Source: an uncultured Methanoregulaceae archaeon
GTDB taxonomy: Archaea; Halobacteriota; Methanomicrobia; Methanomicrobiales; Methanospirillaceae
Direction: 5' to 3'
Length of the DNA: 64,000 nucleotides
NCBI GenBank assembly: GCA_963737635.1
Contig: CAVTTL010000001.1
Span: 1-64,000 of the forward strand
Shown here piece after piece: positions 55,277-64,000 of the stretch. The translations under genes were made by a program, and so were the position numbers. The notes beneath the pieces are model-generated. The model was not told the DNA's origin. It worked only from the letters and a program-made list of their open reading frames with translations, and made no database searches. Each line of letters opens with the position of its first letter. Position 1 is the first letter of the stretch.

Positions 55277-56944
55277 ATGGGCGAAGACCGGCACAACATG
55301 GAAGATTACGAGCAGACAAAGGCGACGTTTAGCATCGAAGTTCCCGAGTACTACAACTTCGGCTTTGACGTCATCGATGCCTGGGCAAAAAAGGACCGGA
55401 ACAAGCTTGCCATGATCTGGGCAAACCAGAACGGCGAGGAGAAGAAGTTCAGTTTCCTCGACATGTCCAACCTCTCCAACCAGGCAGCGAACGTTCTGTT
55501 GAAATACGGGATCAACAAGGGCGACCGCGTCTTCCTTATGCTCCCCCGGATCCCGGAGTGGTGGATCTTTGTGATCGCGCTTATCAAGCTCGGCGCTGTC
55601 TACTGCCCGGCCCCGACCATGCTCACCCCCCGGGACATCAAATACCGGATCAACAAAGGTAAATTCCGGATGGTCATTACCGATCTGGAAAATGCGGGCA
55701 AGATTGAGGAGATCTGCAACGAATGCCCGACACTCTCCTGCCGGTTTGTCGTGGATGCAGAGATCAAAGGCTGGGCAAGCTGGCCCTACGAGCTGCTGTA
55801 CCCGGCTCCGGTCTCCCACCATTCTGTCAGTATTCCCGACGAACGGCGCACGAAAAGTACCGATCCGATGCTGATTTATTTCACCTCCGGTACCGTGGGG
55901 GAGCCAAAGATGGTGCTCCACAACCACGACCACCCGCTCGGCCAGATCGTCACCGCCCGGTTCTGGCAGGACATCAGGCACAACGACCTGCACTTTACCG
56001 TCACCGATACCGGCTGGGCAAAATGCGGATGGGGAAAAATCTTCGGCCAGTGGATCGAAGGGGCCTGCCTCTTTGTCTATAACTTCACCGGGAAGTTCAA
56101 CGCAACCGAGCTCCTCCCGCTCCTTGAGAAGTACCAGATCACCACGTTTTGCTGCCCGCCCACGATCTACCGGATGCTGATCCTCGCGGATCTCGATAAG
56201 TTCGATTTCTCATCATTACGCCACTGCACCAGTGCCGGCGAACCTCTCAATCCTGAAGTGATCCGGGTCTGGAAAGAAGGCACCGGCCTTGCCATCCGGG
56301 AAGGGTACGGCCAGAGCGAGACCTGCTGCTGTGTCGCCGAATTCCCGTGCCTCGAGCTCCGGCCCGGTTCCATGGGGAAACCCTCGCCGGGCTGGAATGT
56401 GGCGATCCATGATGACGAGGGCCGGCCGGTCGGTGTCCGGGAAGAGGGCAGGATCGCGATCTCCGTTACTCCTCCGCCACCCGGTCTCTTTGTGGAGTAC
56501 CTGGATAACCCCGACGAGAACAAAAAATCGTTTGTCAAGGGCTGGTATTACACGGGAGACAAGGCGTACAAGGACGAAGACGGGTTCTACTGGTTCGTGG
56601 GCCGGGACGATGATGTGATAAAATCGTCCGGTTACCGGATCGGGCCGTTCGAGGTCGAGAGTGCGTTAATCGAGCACCCGGCCGTCAGGGAGGCTGCGGT
56701 CGTGGGTGCACCGGACCGGCTCCGGGGATTGATCGTGAAGGCGTTCGTTGTCCTCAACGAAGGGTACGAGCCCTCGGAGATGCTTGTCCGGGAGATCAAG
56801 ACCTACGTGAAACGCACTACCGCACCCTACAAGTACCCCCGGGCCATCGAATTTGTCGACGATCTTCCCAAAACCCATTCCGGCAAGATCCGGCGCGCTG
56901 AGCTGCGCGAACGGGAACTCCGGAAATACCGGGAACTCAAGTAA
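55277..56944 (+). CDS. Medium-chain acyl-CoA synthetase (ACSM/MACS-like), copy 1
   Basis: [58 protein letters not shown]. Confidence 0.93.
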   Translation: MGEDRHNMEDYEQTKATFSIEVPEYYNFGFDVIDAWAKKDRNKLAMIWANQNGEEKKFSFLDMSNLSNQAANVLLKYGINKGDRVFLMLPRIPEWWIFVIALIKLGAVYCPAPTMLTPRDIKYRINKGKFRMVITDLENAGKIEEICNECPTLSCRFVVDAEIKGWASWPYELLYPAPVSHHSVSIPDERRTKSTDPMLIYFTSGTVGEPKMVLHNHDHPLGQIVTARFWQDIRHNDLHFTVTDTGWAKCGWGKIFGQWIEGACLFVYNFTGKFNATELLPLLEKYQITTFCCPPTIYRMLILADLDKFDFSSLRHCTSAGEPLNPEVIRVWKEGTGLAIREGYGQSETCCCVAEFPCLELRPGSMGKPSPGWNVAIHDDEGRPVGVREEGRIAISVTPPPPGLFVEYLDNPDENKKSFVKGWYYTGDKAYKDEDGFYWFVGRDDDVIKSSGYRIGPFEVESALIEHPAVREAAVVGAPDRLRGLIVKAFVVLNEGYEPSEMLVREIKTYVKRTTAPYKYPRAIEFVDDLPKTHSGKIRRAELRERELRKYRELK

Positions 56945-56991
56945 CCCGAACTATCATCACCTTTATTTTTAGAAATTCCGCCGCTTTGTCC

Positions 56992-57089
56992 ATATCCGGG
57001 CACCAAAAAAACATGAGCCCGGATATTTCTGGTGCACAAAAAAAGCAAAATCCTGATAAAGTGCACCAGCGAACCAACAAGTATGGTGC
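56992..57089 (+). promoter_or_regulatory. Operator-rich promoter of the RHH-synthetase fusion
   Basis: GCACCA 57000-57005, TGGTGC 57030-57035, GCACCA 57063-57068, TGGTGC 57084-57089. Perfect IRs CTGGTGCAC/GTGCACCAG and ATATCCGGGC/GCCCGGATAT. TATA-like TGATAAAG 57054-57061. Confidence 0.6.
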
Positions 57090-58913
57090 GGTATTCAGTT
57101 TCCATGGACGATACGCTCACAGATAGTATCGATAAGGCCTGCGAACAACGGAAGATTTCGCGTTCCGACTGGATCGCAGAGGCCTGCAGCGGTCACCTGG
57201 CTAGTGCATCAACTCTTACCTGTACCCTTCCTCAACCAGGGTCAACCGGGCCGAATATGAACGATTACGATACCACCTACCGGGACTTCCGGATCGATGT
57301 TCCGGAGTACTTTAACTTCGGCTTTGACGTGATCGACGCCTGGGCAAAGAAAGACCGGAACAAGCTTGCCATGATCTGGACGAACCAGAAGGGCGCCGAG
57401 AAGAAATTCACCTTCTGGGACCTGATGCGGCTTTCCAACCAGGTTGTGAACATGCTCATCAAGTACGGTGTGAGCAAGGGTGACCGGGTCCTTATCATGC
57501 TGCCCCGGGTACCGGAGTGGTGGATCGCTACTATTGCTCTCATCAAGCGCGGCGCGGTCTATTGTCCCGCCCCGACCATGCTCACCGAACACGACCTGAA
57601 GTACCGGATCAATGCCGCAGAGATCAAGATGGTCATCACCTCCGAAGAGCATGCTGACAAGATCGATGCCATTGCCGGAGAATGCCCGTCCCTGAGCTGC
57701 CGCTTCCTTGTCGATGGTAAACGCGAAGGGTGGATCAGTTACCCGGTCGAACTCGATTACCCGGCGCCGGTCTCGGCAAAACTGGTCAACCTCCCCGGCA
57801 TGAAAAAGACCAAAGCCACCGATCCGATGCTCATCTTCTTTACTTCCGGAACCACCGGGGAGGCAAAGATGGTGCTGCACAGCCAGAGCTACGCGCTCGG
57901 CCATATCGTGACCTCCCGGTTCTGGCACGACATCCGCCAAAACGACCTCCACTTCACGTTCTCTGACACCGGCTGGGGAAAGAGCGCATGGGGGAAACTG
58001 TACGGCCCCTGGCTTGAGGGAGCTGCCATCTTTGTCTACGATATCCGGGGCCGGTTCAACGCGACCGAACTCCTGCCGCTGATCGAACATTATGGCATAT
58101 CGACGTTCTGCTGCCCGCCCACGATCTACCGGATGCTGATCCTTGCCGATCTTGACAAGTTTGACTTTACCGAGCTCAGGCACTGCGTTAGTGCGGGTGA
58201 GCCGCTCAACCCCGAGGTCATCAAGGCCTGGAAGGATACGACCGGCCTGACTATCTACGAAGGCTACGGCCAGACCGAGACCGTGCTCTGCATCGGGACG
58301 TTCCCCAGCATGGAGGCGCGCTTTGGGTCGATGGGCAAGCCCGCGCCCGGCTGGGTGATTGAGCTCCACGACGAGCGCGGGAACCCGGTAGGCGTTCACG
58401 AGGAAGGAAGGATTGCGATCAAGGTCGATCCCCGGCCGGTCGGGATGTTCTTAGAATATCTCGATAATCCCGAAGAGAACAAGAAATCGTTTGTGAACGG
58501 CTGGTATTACACGGGCGACAAGGCATACAAGGATGAGGACGGTTACTACTGGTTCATCGGCCGGGACGATGACGTGATCAAGGCCTCCGGATACCGGATC
58601 GGGCCGTTTGAGGTAGAGAGCGCTCTTATTGAACATCCCTCTGTACCAGGAGGCAGCTGTCGTCGGTTCTCCGGATGATATCCGGGGGATGATTGTCAAG
58701 GCCTTTGTGATCCTGAAACCCGGGTTTGAGGCCTCGGATGCTCTTGTCCGGGATCTCCAGAGTCATGTGAAAAAAGTGACGGCGCCGTACAAGTATCCCC
58801 GGGCGATTGAGTTCGTTGAATCGTTGCCCAAGACCATTTCTGGCAAGATCCGGAGGATCGAATTGCGTGAGAAGGAACTCAAACGGTATTCAGGCAACCA
58901 GAACAAGCATTGA
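57083..58913 (+). CDS. RHH (CopG/NikR-like) domain fused to medium-chain acyl-CoA synthetase, copy 2 (frameshift near 58646)
   Basis: N-terminus [35 protein letters not shown] in frame with [23 protein letters not shown]. The C-terminal LPKTISGKI lies in ORF 58629..58913. Confidence 0.88.
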
Positions 58914-58972
58914 ATGCTGACAGGTCCCTTTTCCCTTATCTTTATTAAACCGGGAACATAATCTATACAGGC

Positions 58973-59057
58973 GCGAGGGTAGCCAAGCCAGGTCAACGGC
59001 GCCAGGTTCAGGGCCTGGTCTCGCAGGAGTTCTTGGGTTCGAATCCCATCCCTCGCA
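58973..59057 (+). tRNA. tRNA-Leu(CAG), no intron, CCA not encoded
   Basis: Acceptor GCGAGGG/CCCTCGC + A; anticodon arm CCAGG-TTCAGGG-CCTGG; long variable arm; T loop GGTTCGAATCC. Confidence 0.97.
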
Positions 59058-59123
59058 TCTTTTCTAAAAAAGGTCTCTCTTGAAACGGAATTGCATGAAA
59101 AAGTAAATAATCTAAAATCTCCC

Positions 59124-59245
59124 CTACGTAATTTCCCCCTTACTTCGGATCTGCTCCTCAATGAACTTGCGGATCTCCTCTTTTCCAGGAAGTGCTATCT
59201 GGTATTTCGAGACAGACAACTGGTTCGATTGCAACGAGCTCTTCA
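59124..59245 (-). pseudogene. C-terminal remnant resembling YhcG/DUF1016 (PD-(D/E)XK) proteins
   Basis: SNQLSVSKYQIALPGKEEIRKFIEEQI matches the remembered YhcG C-terminal pattern N-x-I/L-x-V-S-K-Y-Q-x-x-L-P-x-K-E-E-L/I. The rest of the gene is absent. Confidence 0.55.
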
Positions 59246-59300
59246 AAATGAGTATTGTTATCGGTACAGCTATACCTGAACAAAAGAAAGTAACAGATGC

Positions 59301-59333
59301 TTTATATTGTAAACATCCATACATTTACACATG
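59301..59333 (+). promoter_or_regulatory. TATA + palindromic operator + ATG module, copy 1
   Basis: TTTATATTGTAAACATCCATACATTTACACATG; TGTAAA-N10-TTTACA at 59308-59329. Confidence 0.75.
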
Positions 59334-59780
59334 TTCTTACCCACGAATGAGAAACAGTTCACGTTCTGGAAGATGCGTCGCAGCGGGATGCAGAATGTCG
59401 CCATTGCAAACGAGCTCGGCCTCACACGACAGGGTGTCTCCCAGGCACTCCGTGCGATGGACGAGAAGATCGATACCTCGCTGCGGGAGATGGCCAAGGC
59501 AAACAGAATCCAGGTTGAGAAGATCGATGTGGAGCGGGGTGTCCTGTTCGGGAAGTCGATTCCGTTCCAGACTAATGCCTATATCTTCGTCTCGGAGAAG
59601 CACGGCATGCAGGTCTGGTACGAGCATGACGGGAATTGCATTTCCTGCGACGAGTTCACCAAATGCATTGAGTTCATCTGGGACTTCGCTGCCGAGCTTG
59701 GGATAAAACTTGAAAAGACCCAGGACCCGACAAAGATGGCAGAGGAACTGCTTGCAAAGATCCGGGAGGATCAGGTATGA
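59331..59780 (+). CDS. HTH transcriptional regulator with C-terminal His/Cys motif
   Basis: NVAIANELGLTRQGVSQAL HTH; HDGNCISCDEFTKC. Confidence 0.75.
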   Translation: MFLPTNEKQFTFWKMRRSGMQNVAIANELGLTRQGVSQALRAMDEKIDTSLREMAKANRIQVEKIDVERGVLFGKSIPFQTNAYIFVSEKHGMQVWYEHDGNCISCDEFTKCIEFIWDFAAELGIKLEKTQDPTKMAEELLAKIREDQV

Positions 59781-60868
59781 CCCGCATATCTGAAATTACC
59801 GAACACTGGTTCGGCCTGTGCCGGAAACCACCGGCAGTACATGCACTGCAGACAGGTATCGGTATCCCGCCGGAATCCGCCTATGAGGGACTCCCGGATG
59901 GCGGGGGCGGAGGATCGGGAACGATCCGTAGGGGGATCGGCGCAGCCCTCTTGGGGATGAGGACATTGAACCGGAACCGGTAGCTCCTCTGGTTTACGCT
60001 CCTTGCCGGGCTTGTGCTGGCGGGGAACACCCTCGGCCAGGCAGCACTCTACGCCATCGACTGGACCTGGACCACGCAACCTGTCATTGTATGGCATGTC
60101 CTGAACTTTTTAATCGAGTTTGCAACACTGTTCTCTCTGGTGTTCTTACTGGCGGGCCTTGTCTTGGGCGTCTCGTCAAAGAAAAAAGGTTCTGCCTCGT
60201 TTTTCGGTGAGCCTGCAAGGGCAAAAAAATACCTTAAAGCAATCTTCTTGTGGTCTTTTGTTCTGGCACTCGCGGGCATACTGCTCGACATTATGTTCTA
60301 TTATGTGCCCGTCTGGTTCCAGCACGAGCTCGGGTTCCTCTATGGCTTTGGGCATTTGGATTCTTTCCTTACCGGCATGTTCCTCCAGTTCCCCTTCAAC
60401 CTGACGCTCTATCCGATGAAAACCATTGGCGATCCGGTGGTCGGGCTGGCATGGATATATCCCTATGGGTTCATGCAGGCCCTGATCTTCTTGGCGATCA
60501 ACCTGCTCCTGCTTATCCTGACCCCGTTTGTCGTGCCCTCTATCGTTCTCGAGCAAAAGACCCTCAGGGAGGCAGTCGCGGGATCGTTTGCCATGATGAA
60601 AAAAACCTGGGCTGAGGTAGCCGCCTGCGCCGTCTTCCTTGGCGTTGTCGCATTCGGTGTGTTCCTGACGTATTATCTCGTCCAGGCAGCACACGGGATG
60701 CTCACTCCACCCGTGTTTGTCTACTCGCGTCCCACCGACATGTGGTTTGCTCTTGGCGTCCTCTATGATCTCGCACTGTTTGGCGTTGCATTTGTGGTGG
60801 CAACAGTCGGAGGCATCGCAGTGCTTGACCTCTACAGGAATGCGAAGATCCGGGAGAGTGCGGCATGA
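59777..60868 (+). pseudogene. Multi-TM membrane protein (DUF6159-like core, DUF1673-like N-peptide) interrupted by an in-frame TAG
   Basis: ORFs 59777..59983 and 60014..60868 are in the same frame. The TAG at 59981-59983 aligns with Gln (CAA) in the paralogue (NR*LLWF vs NPQLLWF). Confidence 0.7.
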
Positions 60869-62273
60869 CTCTCCTCTCAACGGTTTCAGACTATTGGCTC
60901 GGCCTGTGCCGGAGACCACCAGCAGTACATGCCCTCCAGACAGGTATTGGTATCCCGGAACCAGTCCATGAGGGCAGCCCGGATGGTGGGGGCGGCGGAC
61001 CGGGAACGATCCGACGGGGAACCGGGGCCGCCCTTTCAGGAATGAAAACCCTTATCCATAACCCGCAACTCCTCTGGTTCTCGCTCCTGGCCGGACTTGT
61101 GCTGGCCATACATTCCATCGCCCAGTGCTGGCTCATCGTATTCCCCTCATCATCAGAGTGGCGGTTTTTCTTTGACCCCGACTCTGTCCGTTTACTCCCA
61201 TCACTTGCCCTCACTTTTGTGGCCGGGCTCGTGACGGTGTTCTGCCTGGGGTTCTTACTGGCGGGCCTTGCCTTAAGCATCTCATCAAAGAAAGACCGTC
61301 CTGTCTCATTCTTCCAGGGACTCAACACGGCAAAAAAATACCTGACACCTCTTACCGGGGGGTCCGTGGTTGTGGCACTCGCAGGGATCCAGCTCTTCGT
61401 TCATCCCTTCATCGTCCAAGGGGCGCTCTTCGTTCGCAACCCCCGGTGGCTGCTCTTCATCGATCCCTACTATGCCGGTTTACTCACATCGCTTGTCCTG
61501 ACATTTGTGATCGAGCTCCTGACGGTGTTCTGCCAGGTATTCTTACTGGCGGCCCTTATCCTGAGCATTTCTTCAAAGGAAAGCGGTCCGGTCCCAGTCT
61601 TCCAAGGGCTTAACAAGGCAAAAAAATATTTGAAGCCTCTTACCGGGTGGTCCGTGGTTGTGGCACTCGCCGGCAGTCTGCTCTTCATCGCTGGCGAATA
61701 TTCTTATCTGATGAGCTCGGTCATCTGGCAATCCCTGATCAATGTGCTCAACCAGTTCCCCTTCACCTTTATCCTGAACTACCTTCTCCCGCGGCCCCCT
61801 TCATCGCCCTCCTGCCACCAAACCTGTGGTGGGGATTTAGCAGTGCACTCGTGGATACCCTGATCCTTTCAGCAATCAACGTACTCCTGTTCGCCTTGAC
61901 CTTGTTTGTAGTACCCCTGCTCGTGCTTGGGAGGAAGAGCCTGAAGGAGGCGGTTTTGGGATCATTTACCCTGATGAAGAAGATCTGGGGTGAAGTGGCA
62001 GCCTGCATTCTCGGCCTTGGAATGGTAGTATTTGTTGCCTCGCTCATGTTCCTGCTCTTCCCGTTTTCCGGGGTTGATCATATGTGGCGGGATGCCGGCC
62101 AACTGTACACTTCGTACACACCCCCCGGTGTTGAGTGGATCGCTCTCGGCTTCCTGTATGTACTTGCCCTGTCCAGCCTTGTGCTAGTCGTGGCAACAGT
62201 CGGGGGAATTGCAACACTGGATCTCTACACATTTGCAAAGACGGGGCAAATGTCCGGACCCGCTGAAACGTAA
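60865..62273 (+). CDS. Paralogous multi-TM membrane protein with internal duplication (frameshift near 61799)
   Basis: Shares WxGLCRxPPAVHALQTGIGIP...PDGGGGGxGTIRRG and the C-terminal FVVP..VL..K.L.EAV.GSF..MKK.W.EVAAC...VATVGGIA.LDLY with the upstream gene. Confidence 0.78.
61198..61690 (+). repeat. Diverged in-frame duplication of about 200 bp with a 288-bp period
   Basis: TVFCLGFLLAGLALSISSKKDRPVSFFQGLNTAKKYLTPLTGGSVVVALAG vs TVFCQVFLLAALILSISSKESGPVPVFQGLNKAKKYLKPLTGWSVVVALAG. Confidence 0.8.
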
Positions 62274-62404
62274 AACTCCCCGCATACCTATTTTTTACCC
62301 CTGAACGCCGATTCTGCAGACATGCGATCCAGATAGCAAATATCTGCAAACCATTCAGTTCCGGTGAGTGGGTTACCAGATAAAAAAATAAATGGAGGAT
62401 AACT

Positions 62405-62437
62405 TTTATATTGTAAATATGCATACATTTACATATG
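62405..62437 (+). promoter_or_regulatory. TATA + palindromic operator + ATG module, copy 2
   Basis: TTTATATTGTAAATATGCATACATTTACATATG; 30/33 identical to 59301-59333. Confidence 0.75.
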
Positions 62438-63481
62438 TCCATACAAACCAGCCACAACCCGTCCGGGTTCTGTATATTGATCCTGCTGCTTATCATATCA
62501 GGTGCAGCAGTACTGTTGATATCTCCCGTATCAGCAGATCCACCATTTGTAACTATTGTCGCGAGAGGGGGTCAGTCTTTTTATCTCGGGGAAGAAGTAG
62601 TTTTTTCCGGTGTGAATAACGATTCAAATTCCACGTACCTCTTTATAACCGGACCCAACCTTCCGGATAATGGAGGAAAACTAACATCACCATCTCAAAA
62701 AGCGGTCAGCGGAGATCCTGGCTCATTCACTGTCGTAAAAACAAATCCGGATAATACGTGGGACTATCCCTGGTACACATCCGGTCTCAGGCTGGATGCC
62801 GGATCGTATACCCTTTATGCGGTGAGCGAGCCAAAAACAGAAGACCAGTTGGCAGGGGCACCATATGGTACGACCAGCATAATAATCAAAGCACCCTACA
62901 TAACCGCAAATATCTCTTCTTTGCATGTTGTAAAGGGGCAGCCATTTACGGTCACCGGCATTGCGGAAGGAAATCCCCCGGCAATCCAGATATGGATTTT
63001 CGGAGATAACTACGCGTTTAATACCACAACCCCGGTAAATCCTGATGCATCATTTACTTTTACTGGCGATACGCAACTATCAGGAAAACTTCCCGAAGGG
63101 CAAAATTATCTCATCGTGCAGCACCCGATGGCAGATAACCAGTTCGACATCGTTGTCAGCGGTGATTATGTCCGCGACCTGAAACTGAACAACGGTACGA
63201 ACCTCTTCAAGCTCACCGGCCCGGGAAGCCTGCAGGGCAGCGATGCAGCAGACGCACTCACCACCGCGTTTCATGACCGCATGGCCAATGATGACACCTT
63301 AACCAATGACACGTTTACCATAGTCCCGTTCCATGTCGCTGATGTAGGAAGTCCGATGCCCCAGGCAACAGCTGCTACAACCGCTCCGGTCCAGGGAACA
63401 ACCCAGCACGCCCCGCTCCAGTACGCCCTGCTCGGGGCAATCGTCGTGGCAGCGGGAATTGTAATCTGGAAGAGGCATTAA
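62435..63481 (+). CDS. Secreted S-layer-glycoprotein-related protein (Methanomicrobiales surface-protein type)
   Basis: Signal peptide, FYLGEEVVFSG.N..S..TYLFITGPNL, LDAGSYTLYAVS, VQHPM, LQGSDAADAL..., APL-TM-KR C-terminus. Confidence 0.75.
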   Translation: MSIQTSHNPSGFCILILLLIISGAAVLLISPVSADPPFVTIVARGGQSFYLGEEVVFSGVNNDSNSTYLFITGPNLPDNGGKLTSPSQKAVSGDPGSFTVVKTNPDNTWDYPWYTSGLRLDAGSYTLYAVSEPKTEDQLAGAPYGTTSIIIKAPYITANISSLHVVKGQPFTVTGIAEGNPPAIQIWIFGDNYAFNTTTPVNPDASFTFTGDTQLSGKLPEGQNYLIVQHPMADNQFDIVVSGDYVRDLKLNNGTNLFKLTGPGSLQGSDAADALTTAFHDRMANDDTLTNDTFTIVPFHVADVGSPMPQATAATTAPVQGTTQHAPLQYALLGAIVVAAGIVIWKRH

Positions 63482-63683
63482 GATCATTTTTGAACGGATG
63501 ACGCTGTCATCCTTTTTTTTATACATGTCACGCAGGCCGCGGACCTGCCGGTATCCGAAAAAACGATACGATGACATCAGTTCATAGGCTGAAGCATTCG
63601 CTCTTTAATGTTATATTATAAGATGACCGATTCGGTTTTCCTTTTATTTACATAAAAACGACGTTAGTACTCAAAAAATGTGA

Positions 63684-64000
63684 TCAGTTTCCTTTAATTC
63701 CTATTAAAGGAACGAGGCATGCCAGACGACAGACTCCAGTTTGTGCATCGATGCCAACAACACCCCCCTCATCAAATCCGTTTTTGTCTGTTCGGGTTAA
63801 GGAAAAATTCCATGTCAGATACTGTTTATCACGAGAAATTAATCCACCGGACATCAATTCGCTCTGCTGAACATCTGAAATTCCTGTACTTTCAAAGTAC
63901 AACACAGCGGACATCCTTGCCAGGTCTTCTGGTATGGTTGCTGTTACGTTCGGAAGGGTTTCAGAGGGTTCATACTGCTCATAATATTGCGTTACATGCC
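63684..64000 (-). CDS. 3' part of a secreted-type protein with a PepSY/YcdB-like motif (5' end outside window)
   Basis: The frame of ORF 63684..63914 stays open to the window edge; LTWNF...VVGIDAQTG pattern. Confidence 0.5.
   Translation of the reverse strand, partial: HVTQYYEQYEPSETLPNVTATIPEDLARMSAVLYFESTGISDVQQSELMSGGLISRDKQYLTWNFSLTRTDKNGFDEGGVVGIDAQTGVCRLACLVPLIGIKGN

Overview
The window is mostly core chromosome of a methanogenic archaeon, most likely Methanomicrobiales (Methanoregula-like). This is inferred from TBP, MCM, two RFC small subunits, NMD3, the archaeal CoA pathway (PoK/PPS/CoaBC), MptD, bacterial-type gyrBA, COG1361/DUF3821-like surface proteins and REC-GAF-PAS sensors. 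About 14 genes, including MCM and GyrB, carry single-base frameshifts, mostly in short homopolymer runs. I read these as assembly indel errors and annotate the genes as single CDSs. Main blocks in order: a RimK/RLAN ATP-grasp pair; gyrBA; a nickel ECF transporter (nikMN / nikQO) with nikR; a small RHH/lipoprotein islet; an XRE-DUF2178-COG1361-ABC exporter locus; a long minus-strand housekeeping run (about 30-48 kb); an RPA-associated OB protein, phosphoesterase and Lhr helicase operon; TBP; tandem acyl-CoA synthetases; tRNA-Leu(CAG); and a variable region after the tRNA. The three best leads are: (1) an acyl-CoA synthetase with an N-terminal ribbon-helix-helix domain whose own promoter carries four GCACCA/TGGTGC half-sites, a candidate PutA-like autoregulatory trigger enzyme; (2) a stand-alone 252-aa RuvC-only TnpB derivative with an intact D-E-D triad and candidate promoter and terminator; (3) a Cys-containing HTH regulator with two membrane-protein paralogues, sharing a 33-bp TATA-palindrome-ATG module with a surface-protein gene. 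No CRISPR array, rRNA, intein or intact transposase was seen. Family calls are from motif recognition by eye, not database searches.
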